From Dysgonamonadaceae bacterium (GTDB lineage Bacteria > Bacteroidota > Bacteroidia > Bacteroidales > Dysgonomonadaceae), in assembly GCA_032068765.1 (NCBI GenBank), contig DAMBHY010000003.1, positions 91,319-115,318 on the forward strand: a DNA stretch of 24,000 nt, written 5' to 3'. The notes under the pieces are model-generated. The model was not told the DNA's origin, did not search any database, and was given only the letters and a program-made list of their open reading frames with translations. Made by a program: the position numbers and the translations under genes. Shown here in pieces: positions 17,261-24,000 of this stretch (within the stretch, counting starts at the first letter, position 1; every line of letters begins with the position of its first letter).

Positions 17261-18313
17261 ATGAAACTCTCACAATTTAAATTCAATTTGCCTGATGAGC
17301 TGATAGCAAAATATCCGGCAAAGCATCGTGACGAAAGTCGTTTGATGGTTGTTCACCGCAAAACTGGCGAAATCGAACATGTAGTTTTTAAAGATATTCT
17401 CAATTATTTCGAAGAGAAAGATTTTTTCGTATTCAACAATACAAAGGTTTTTCCTGCACGTCTGTTTGGTAATAAAGAAAAGACAGGAGCGCAAATAGAG
17501 GTGTTCTTATTGAGAGAATTGAATGCTAGCCAGCATTTGTGGGACGTTTTGGTTAATCCCGCACGTAAGATTCGCATCGGCAACAAACTCTATTTCGGAG
17601 AAAACGAAGAATTGGTAGCTGAAGTTATCGATAACACTACTTCGAGAGGAAGAACACTCCGTTTCTTGTATGACGAACCGTACGAGGATTTCAAGAAGTT
17701 GCTTTTCTCCATTGGAGAAACACCACTTCCTGAATACATTGACCGCGAAGCGGAAGATGACGACGAATCTCGTTATCAGACAATTATCGCTGAAGAAGAA
17801 GGAGCAGTAGTGGCTCCAGCGGCAGGTTTTCACTTTAGTCGCGAGCTAATGAAACGTATGGAAATTAAAGGCATTGATACAGGATATCTTACTTTACACA
17901 ACGGTTTAGGTTCTTATCGTGAAATAGATGTAGAAGACTTAACCAAGCACAAAATGGATTCCGAACAGATGATAATTAAACCAGAGTTGTGCGATGCTGT
18001 AAATACCGCAAAAGACAACGGTCATAAAATTTGTGCGATTGGAACTACTGTATTGAGGGCCATGGAAACAACTGTAAGTACAGATGGTCATTTGAAACCT
18101 AAAGACGGATGGACAAACAAATTTATTTTCCCTCCGCATGATTTCAAATTAACAGATGCCTTGGTTACAAACTTCCATTTACCATTATCTACTTTGTTGA
18201 TGATGACTACTGCATTTGGCGGCTATGACTTGGTGATGGACGCCTATGAAGTAGCAATCAAAGAAGGATATAAATTTGGCGCATATGGCGATGCCATGTT
18301 AATTATTGACTAA
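17261..18313 (+). CDS. queA: S-adenosylmethionine:tRNA ribosyltransferase-isomerase
   Basis: 350 aa. [21 protein letters not shown]-terminus, [28 protein letters not shown] and FHLP.STLLMM. Confidence 0.96.
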   Translation: MKLSQFKFNLPDELIAKYPAKHRDESRLMVVHRKTGEIEHVVFKDILNYFEEKDFFVFNNTKVFPARLFGNKEKTGAQIEVFLLRELNASQHLWDVLVNPARKIRIGNKLYFGENEELVAEVIDNTTSRGRTLRFLYDEPYEDFKKLLFSIGETPLPEYIDREAEDDDESRYQTIIAEEEGAVVAPAAGFHFSRELMKRMEIKGIDTGYLTLHNGLGSYREIDVEDLTKHKMDSEQMIIKPELCDAVNTAKDNGHKICAIGTTVLRAMETTVSTDGHLKPKDGWTNKFIFPPHDFKLTDALVTNFHLPLSTLLMMTTAFGGYDLVMDAYEVAIKEGYKFGAYGDAMLIID

Positions 18314-18324
18314 AAAACTAGCTT

Positions 18325-18735
18325 ATGCATGTATATTTTTTTGGTTTAGGCTCTAATCTTGGGGACAAAGAAGAAAATATCAAAAATGCATATCATCTTA
18401 TTGAAGAGAGGATTGGCAATATTGTTTCCAGATCCTCTCTTTATTATTCAGAACCTGTAGATTTTGAATCAGACAATGATTTTGTGAACAGTGTTTGTAA
18501 AGTGGAAACAGAAATTTCCGACCCTTTTTGTGTACTTAAAATCACACAACAAATCGAAAAACAACTAGGAAGAACAACAAAATCTCACAATAAAATCCAT
18601 TCCGATAGGACCATTGATATTGATATTCTTCTTGCCGACGACCTGAAAATTGATACACCAACCCTTACCATACCACATCCCAAAATAAACGAAAGGGAAT
18701 TTGTTAAAATTCCACTTAATGAAATCTCTTCGTAA
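18325..18735 (+). CDS. folK: 2-amino-4-hydroxy-6-hydroxymethyldihydropteridine diphosphokinase (HPPK)
   Basis: 136 aa. GLGSNLGD N-terminus, RTIDIDIL and IPHPKINEREFV, typical of FolK. Somewhat short for the family. Confidence 0.9.
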   Translation: MHVYFFGLGSNLGDKEENIKNAYHLIEERIGNIVSRSSLYYSEPVDFESDNDFVNSVCKVETEISDPFCVLKITQQIEKQLGRTTKSHNKIHSDRTIDIDILLADDLKIDTPTLTIPHPKINEREFVKIPLNEISS

Positions 18736-18785
18736 ATAATCCTAACAAGGTTTTTACAACAAAATACAGCACAATATTGTTAACT

Positions 18786-19655
18786 ATGCAACAAACTTTA
18801 TATATGCTGTCATTAAATAAAAAATACGATTACTTCCTCGGTTATGCTTTAGGAGGAGGCGGTGCAAAAGGCTTTGCTCATATCGGTGCATTGCAGTATC
18901 TTAATGAAACAGGACTAAAGCCTGAAGTTATTTGCGGTACAAGTGCAGGTTCGCTTGCGGGAGTATTGTATGCAGACGGCTATCATCCTCAGGAGATTTT
19001 CGAATTATTTAAAAGCCGTGAAGTTAAAGACTTCCTCCAATTTAAAATGATGCGGAACGGATTTTTCAGAATGGATGGTCTCCATAAGTTTCTCAAAAAC
19101 AACCTCAGGGCAAAATCATTCGAAACATTACAAATGCCTTTTATTGCAGTAGTAACGGATTGGGAAAGGGCTAAAACTGTATATTTTTCACAAGGCAATA
19201 ATTTGGTAGATAGTGTGGTTGCATCATGCAGCGTGCCAATTATGTTTGAACCGGTAGTTATTGACGGTACAACTTATGTTGATGGAGGATTGTTTAAAAA
19301 TTTCCCTGTTTCAGTAATTCGTCAGCAGTGCAAATATGTTATAGGTGTAAATGTAACTTCTATCATTCCTGCGGCGGAAGACAATAGCATTCGTGAAATA
19401 AGTCAACGTACTTTTAATATGATGTCGAATGCGAATACATTGATTGACCGCAAACTGTGCGACATCTTGATTGAAACAAAAAACAAACATCCCTTTGCTA
19501 TCAAAAACTTTTCAAAAATCAATATTATATCCGAAGAAGGCTATTCTGCTGCTCTAGAAATAATGGAAGATGAATCTTCTAAGAAAATTTTGAAAAGATG
19601 CCTGAGATATAATGAGCTTAATAATAAAGTGAAACAAATCATCAATAATAAATGA
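18786..19655 (+). CDS. Patatin-like phospholipase family protein
   Basis: Trimmed from TTG 18777 to ATG 18786. Has the GGGAKG oxyanion motif, the GTSAG nucleophile elbow and the DGG catalytic Asp motif. Confidence 0.88.
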   Translation: MQQTLYMLSLNKKYDYFLGYALGGGGAKGFAHIGALQYLNETGLKPEVICGTSAGSLAGVLYADGYHPQEIFELFKSREVKDFLQFKMMRNGFFRMDGLHKFLKNNLRAKSFETLQMPFIAVVTDWERAKTVYFSQGNNLVDSVVASCSVPIMFEPVVIDGTTYVDGGLFKNFPVSVIRQQCKYVIGVNVTSIIPAAEDNSIREISQRTFNMMSNANTLIDRKLCDILIETKNKHPFAIKNFSKINIISEEGYSAALEIMEDESSKKILKRCLRYNELNNKVKQIINNK

Positions 19656-21343
19656 AAGAAGACAAAGTTGTAATATATCAGATATTTACCAGACTATTTG
19701 GAAATACCAATTCTACAAATAAATATAACGGTTCTATTGAAGAAAATGGGAGTGGTAAATTCAATGACATAACTGACAAAGTATTATCACAACTAAAAGA
19801 TAGCGGGTACACACATATATGGTATATTGGCTGTCTTGCACATGCCAGTGCAACTTCTTACGAAAAATATGGAATTCCTAAAGATTTTCCTGAAATTGTG
19901 AAAGGTAAAGCCGGTTCGCCCTATGCAATTCGAGATTATTACGATGTTGACCCAGATTTAGCAGTGAATGTAGAAAACAGAATGTTGGAATTTGAACAAC
20001 TTATTGAACGTACACACAAATCTGGCATGAAAGTTATTATTGATTTTGTTCCTAACCATTTAGCAAGAAACTATAAATCAATCAATAAGCCCAAAGGTGT
20101 AGTTGATTTTGGTGAAAATGATAATAAAGAAGTTAGTTTTGACCCACAAAATAATTTTTATTACTTACCGAATACGTCCCTCAATTTAGAAGCGCTATCT
20201 GCCACAAACAATATTTCATATCAGGAATCTCCTACAAAAGCCACTGGAAATGACAGTTTTACCAATACACCTTCGGAGTACGACTGGTACGAAACTGTCA
20301 AATTGAATTATGGGGTGGATTATGAAAACAATAAAACATATTTTGAACCTATTCCTAATACTTGGTTCAAGATGAAAGATATTTTGAACTATTGGGCAGA
20401 TAAGAGTGTGGACGGTTTTCGTTGTGATATGGCGGAAATGGTTCCGTTGGAATTCTGGCAGTGGGTAATTCCTCAAATTAAAGCAAAATCACCCGAAATT
20501 ATTTTCTTCGCTGAAACGTATAATCCCGACCGATATCGTAATTTTTTGGCTAACAATAGTTTTGATTATTTATATGATAAAGTTGGCTTATACGATATTC
20601 TTCGTGATGTGGCGAGTGGACTCCGTCCATCATCAGATATAAGTTTTGCGCTAAACAAAGTTGGAGATATTCAACCAAAACTTATAAATTTCATAGAAAA
20701 TCATGATGAGCAGAGAGTTGCATCAGATTTTTTCCTCAAAAACGGGCATAATGCTAAAGCTGCAATGATCATCACCTCATGCATAAATAGAAATCCAATT
20801 ATGGTCTACTTCGGTCAGGAATTGGGAGAGAGAGGCATGGATGAAGAAGGATTTAGTGGCAAAAACGGACGAACAACCATCTTTGATTACTGGGCAGTAG
20901 ATTCAGTTAGAAGATGGAATAACAACGGAAAATGGAATGATGAACTGCTGGACAAAGCTGAAAAAGCATTGAAAAGTTTCTACAAAAAACTTATTAAACT
21001 TTTACATTCTGAAAAAGCATTGAACGAAGGAATGTTCTACGATTTGATGCCTTTCAACTACGAAAATAAAAACTTCAATTCGCAACGACAATTTGCATTC
21101 TTAAGAGGTAGTGAAAAAGAATTGATACTCGTTGTAACGAATTTTTCCGACAATGATGAAGATATAACTATACTTTTTCCTCATGACGCATTTGAATTTT
21201 ACCAGATTGATAATAGTGAAAACTGTACATTAACACCACTTTTGAATAAAAATTTGTCCTCTATTAAAAGCAATTATCAAACACCTTTCAAAACAAAAAT
21301 TCCCGCACATTCGGGAGAGATTTATAAATTTTCTTTTAATTAA
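19652..21343 (+). CDS. Cytoplasmic alpha-amylase family (GH13) glycoside hydrolase
   Basis: 563 aa with no signal peptide. GH13 conserved regions VIIDFVPNH, DGFRCDMAEM, FFAETY and FIENHDEQR. The ATG overlaps the patatin stop (ATGA at 19652-19655). Confidence 0.9.
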   Translation: MKEDKVVIYQIFTRLFGNTNSTNKYNGSIEENGSGKFNDITDKVLSQLKDSGYTHIWYIGCLAHASATSYEKYGIPKDFPEIVKGKAGSPYAIRDYYDVDPDLAVNVENRMLEFEQLIERTHKSGMKVIIDFVPNHLARNYKSINKPKGVVDFGENDNKEVSFDPQNNFYYLPNTSLNLEALSATNNISYQESPTKATGNDSFTNTPSEYDWYETVKLNYGVDYENNKTYFEPIPNTWFKMKDILNYWADKSVDGFRCDMAEMVPLEFWQWVIPQIKAKSPEIIFFAETYNPDRYRNFLANNSFDYLYDKVGLYDILRDVASGLRPSSDISFALNKVGDIQPKLINFIENHDEQRVASDFFLKNGHNAKAAMIITSCINRNPIMVYFGQELGERGMDEEGFSGKNGRTTIFDYWAVDSVRRWNNNGKWNDELLDKAEKALKSFYKKLIKLLHSEKALNEGMFYDLMPFNYENKNFNSQRQFAFLRGSEKELILVVTNFSDNDEDITILFPHDAFEFYQIDNSENCTLTPLLNKNLSSIKSNYQTPFKTKIPAHSGEIYKFSFN

Positions 21344-21367
21344 AAGTTTTCCTTAGTAAGTTTTTTG

Positions 21368-21375
21368 TACTTTTG
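21368..21375 (+). promoter_or_regulatory. -7 promoter box TActTTTG for prs
   Basis: Exact TAnnTTTG match; its last base lies 64 nt upstream of ATG 21440. Confidence 0.55.
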
Positions 21376-21439
21376 CACTACCGATAGCTTGACAAAAAAG
21401 TTATAGAATTATTTAATGCTGATCAACAAATTAAATAAA

Positions 21440-22375
21440 ATGCAAGAGAGAAATTATAAAGTTTTTTCTGGTACAAAATCCCGTTATTTTGCAGAAAAAG
21501 TATGTAACAGCTTAGGCTGTCCATTAGGAAAGATGAATATAGAACATTTTGCTGATGGTGAATTTGCAGTTTCTTATGAAGAATCAATCCGTGGCGAACA
21601 TGTTTTCTTGATTCAATCAACATTTCCAAATTCTGACAATTTGATGGAATTGTTATTGATGATTGATGCAGCCAAAAGAGCTTCCGCCAAATCAATCATT
21701 GCCGTAATTCCATATTTTGGATGGGCACGACAAGACCGCAAAGACAAATCACGTGTGAGCATTGGCGCAAAATTGATTGCCGATTTATTAGGTACTGCAG
21801 GCATTAACCGCCTTATTACAATGGACTTACACGCTGACCAGATACAAGGATTTTTCAATGTACCTGTAGACCACTTATATGCTTCTGGTGTATTTATTGA
21901 TTATGTGAAAAGTTTAAATCTTGAAAACTTAGTAATAGCAACTCCTGACGTGGGAGGTACAAAAAGAGCAAGTGCTTATGCAAAATTCCTCGGTTGTCCA
22001 ATGGTTATTTGCTATAAACTCCGCAAGAAAGCCAATGAAATCTCTGAAATGGAAGTGATTGGTGAAGTTAGTGGAATGGACGTGCTTCTTATTGACGACA
22101 TTGTAGATACTGCGGGAACCATCACTAAAGCTGCTAACCTCATGCAGGAAAAAGGTGCAAAATCAGTACGTGCGATTGCTAGTCATGCTGTAATGTCAAA
22201 TCCGGCTTCACAAAGAGTTGACGAGTCAAATCTTACAGAAATGATTTTTACAGATAGTATTCCTTACTCTCAACGTTGTGAAAAAGTAAAAATATTGTCT
22301 GTAGCAGATATGTTTGCAGAATCTATTAGACGCGTTTGTAACAACGAATCTATCAGTTCATTATACGTTGTATAA
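21440..22375 (+). CDS. prs: Ribose-phosphate pyrophosphokinase
   Basis: Trimmed to ATG 21440 (311 aa). Motifs FADGE, YFGWARQDRK, DLHADQIQGFF and the PRPP loop DDIVDTAGT. Confidence 0.95.
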   Translation: MQERNYKVFSGTKSRYFAEKVCNSLGCPLGKMNIEHFADGEFAVSYEESIRGEHVFLIQSTFPNSDNLMELLLMIDAAKRASAKSIIAVIPYFGWARQDRKDKSRVSIGAKLIADLLGTAGINRLITMDLHADQIQGFFNVPVDHLYASGVFIDYVKSLNLENLVIATPDVGGTKRASAYAKFLGCPMVICYKLRKKANEISEMEVIGEVSGMDVLLIDDIVDTAGTITKAANLMQEKGAKSVRAIASHAVMSNPASQRVDESNLTEMIFTDSIPYSQRCEKVKILSVADMFAESIRRVCNNESISSLYVV

Positions 22376-22400
22376 CTAAAAGATTTACGAATAGAACCTG

Positions 22401-22428
22401 AAACGCCGAAAGAATTCGGCGTTTTTTT
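22401..22428 (+). terminator. Rho-independent terminator of prs
   Basis: AACGCCGAA (22402-22410) pairs with TTCGGCGTT (22415-22423) around a 4-nt loop and is followed by a T-run. Confidence 0.85.
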
Positions 22429-22463
22429 ATTTTGCATAAACTTTTTTGTTATGTTATAAGTTA

Positions 22464-22471
22464 TATATTTG
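22464..22471 (+). promoter_or_regulatory. -7 promoter box TAtaTTTG for the DUF4332 gene
   Basis: Exact TAnnTTTG match; its last base lies 49 nt upstream of ATG 22521. Confidence 0.55.
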
Positions 22472-22520
22472 AATTATTTACAATTTGGTAAATCTTTTTT
22501 ATTACTAAAAATTTATTTAT

Positions 22521-22928
22521 ATGTCTTACAATATTGAAGAAATTGAAGGAATCGGTACAGCTTATGCTGCAAAATTGCGTAACTCAGATGTTAATACCAT
22601 AGAAAGTCTTTTGGTAAAGGGGAGTACAAAATCAGGTAGAAGTTCATTGGCAAAAGATACTGGTATTGATGAATCATTAATTTTGAAATGGGTGAATCAC
22701 GCTGATTTAATGCGTATAAAAGGAATAGGACCGGAATTTTCCGAATTATTGGAAGCTGCAGGGGTAGATACTGTAAAAGAATTTCGTACTCGTAAAGCAG
22801 AAAATCTTCACTCTAGAATGGTTGAAGTAAACGATGCTAAAAAGTTAGTAAGAAGAATCCCATCTGTAGAGCAACTAAGCCAAATGATAGAAATGGCAAA
22901 AAATATTGACGCGAAAGTAACTTATTAA
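22521..22928 (+). CDS. DUF4332 domain-containing protein (tandem helix-hairpin-helix-like)
   Basis: 135 aa. IEGIGTAYAAKL and IKGIGPEFSELLEAAGV HhH-like motifs, as I recall for DUF4332. Monocistronic, with its own promoter and terminator. Confidence 0.75.
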   Translation: MSYNIEEIEGIGTAYAAKLRNSDVNTIESLLVKGSTKSGRSSLAKDTGIDESLILKWVNHADLMRIKGIGPEFSELLEAAGVDTVKEFRTRKAENLHSRMVEVNDAKKLVRRIPSVEQLSQMIEMAKNIDAKVTY

Positions 22929-22952
22929 GCCCGCTTTTATTGGAGATATTTT

Positions 22953-22987
22953 AACGCCTACATTAGGGTTACACTAATGCAGGCGTT
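22953..22987. terminator. Long hairpin between convergent genes (likely bidirectional terminator element)
   Basis: AACGCCTACATTAG (22953-22966) pairs with CTAATGCAGGCGTT (22974-22987): a 14-bp stem with one mismatch and a 7-nt loop. There is no strong U-tract on either strand. Confidence 0.5.
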
Positions 22988-22996
22988 GATATTATA

Positions 22997-23016
22997 CTAA
23001 TGCATACATTAGTTTT
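22997..23016 (+). terminator. Second small hairpin plus T-run
   Basis: CTAATG (22997-23002) pairs with CATTAG (23007-23012) around a 4-nt loop and is followed by TTTT. Confidence 0.4.
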
Positions 23017-23019
23017 ATC

Positions 23020-23514
23020 TTAAATTTGAGAATATTCTTTTTTGATATATTCCAACAATCCTTGGCAACCATCTTCTAGTAAATCAAGTACCAATTCAAA
23101 TCCTGAATCGCCGGTGTAATATGGGTCAGGAATATGATCGTAGGGATACTTTTTCAGAAATTCACGCATGCGGTGGATTTTATTTACGTGCTCCTGAGTA
23201 ACTGCGAGCGATTTGACATTGGTGTAATTGGAATCGTCCATCACTACAATTAAATCATATTTGTCAAAATCTTCTGTAATAAATTGCTGCGCGCGGGTGC
23301 AAAAGTTATAATTCCTCTTTGCGCCATGCATACGCATACGTTTATCGGGCAAATCTCCCACATGCCAGCTTCCTGTTCCAGCAGAATCTAAGACTATTTT
23401 GCCGTCTAACCCTTCTTTTTCAACTAGAGATTTCATAATGCCTTCGGCTGCTGGAGAACGACAAATATTCCCGAGACAAACGAACATTATTCTGATGGGG
23501 TTTCCTTCTTTCAT
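23020..23514 (-). CDS. Low-molecular-weight protein-tyrosine phosphatase
   Basis: 164 aa. P-loop CLGNICRS (CX5R-S) near the N-terminus and the DPYY general-acid region. Confidence 0.92.
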   Translation of the reverse strand: MKEGNPIRIMFVCLGNICRSPAAEGIMKSLVEKEGLDGKIVLDSAGTGSWHVGDLPDKRMRMHGAKRNYNFCTRAQQFITEDFDKYDLIVVMDDSNYTNVKSLAVTQEHVNKIHRMREFLKKYPYDHIPDPYYTGDSGFELVLDLLEDGCQGLLEYIKKEYSQI

Positions 23515-24000
23515 AAGTTATAATTAAAATATGCAAAATAATATTTTTCTACTTTCTTAGCTAATAATTCAATGTTAAACATGTCAGAAGCGGTGGAAAT
23601 ATCCTCGATGCGATTATCGCTGTAAAGTATGTCAATGCTTTCATCATCCAAAGTGTACATATTTGTTTCCACTTTATCTGTAGAAATCAAATACTCCGCT
23701 TCATTCTCCGACAAGTGGTACATCTTGCGAAACAAATCAATATATTCCTGATAGGTATCTTTTGTTGGCAGTGAAGTGGATAGTTTAATTTTGAAGAGAT
23801 GTCTGTGAATAAGCCCTCTGCTCAACATCGAAAATACTTTGTCTGGATGTACACACCATATTTTTAATGAAGTCCAAATGTCGTTGTCATCAAGATTTAT
23901 AAAATGATTTACTGCTTCCTCATTTTTAAAGTGTGATATTTGAATATCATTTTTAAGAAAATAGGTTAGGGAAGGAGGGGAGAATAAATTGTCACCATTC
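23511..24000 (-). CDS. Hypothetical protein, C-terminal ~160 aa (gene runs off the right window edge)
   Basis: The track lists only the last 105 aa, from an internal ATG at 23828. Hand translation shows the same frame stays open to position 24000 (...NGDNLFSPPSLTYFLKNDIQISHFKNEEAVNHFINLDDNDIWTSLKIWCVHPDKVFSMLSRG...). Its stop overlaps the phosphatase start (ATGA at 23511-23514). I recognise no family. Confidence 0.7.
   Translation of the reverse strand, partial: NGDNLFSPPSLTYFLKNDIQISHFKNEEAVNHFINLDDNDIWTSLKIWCVHPDKVFSMLSRGLIHRHLFKIKLSTSLPTKDTYQEYIDLFRKMYHLSENEAEYLISTDKVETNMYTLDDESIDILYSDNRIEDISTASDMFNIELLAKKVEKYYFAYFNYNL

Noticed and set aside
1-24000. Mobile elements, prophage, defence islands, toxin-antitoxin pairs, tRNA/rRNA genes
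   Set aside because: By eye I found no integrase or transposase-like ORFs, no terminal inverted repeats, no tRNA-like sequences, and no compositionally deviant block. Every ORF above 100 aa outside shadows is a housekeeping or conserved-hypothetical gene.

Overview
AT-rich chromosomal segment with the hallmarks of a Bacteroidota (Bacteroidales-like) genome. TAnnTTTG -7 promoter boxes sit in front of most transcription units, and there are no obvious Shine-Dalgarno sequences. Two phylum-typical gene orders are present: DUF4492-cydA-cydB and ftsX-DUF3098-uppP-truB-queA. Nearly all of the window is densely packed core housekeeping: sufB (5' part), pheS, class II fba, cydAB, rsmG, gcvP, ftsX, uppP, truB, queA, folK, prs and an LMW tyrosine phosphatase. 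I see no tRNA/rRNA genes, transposases, integrases, cas genes or recognisable defence modules. The one stretch that ordinary annotation does not explain is the ~750-bp gap between the gcvP terminator and a convergent serine-hydrolase gene (12391-13080). It holds five copies of a GC-rich palindrome, TCCGC-N3-GCGGA-AAR, spaced exactly 41-42 bp apart in otherwise AT-rich DNA, followed by an AT-rich tract. After that comes an ORF below the track's size cutoff, encoding a 40-aa, very basic, four-Cys (CxxC...HxC) peptide. I cannot assign a function to either; they are the best candidates here for something undescribed. Lesser oddities are listed in the findings: a diverged DUF3298-like lipoprotein paralog pair bracketing the pheS-fba-cyd region, a DUF3467 gene heading the cyd operon, ATGA-coupled patatin/GH13 genes, and an unrecognisable ORF coupled to the phosphatase at the right edge. 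Several track ORFs begin at upstream GTG/TTG codons; I trimmed these to the more plausible ATG.
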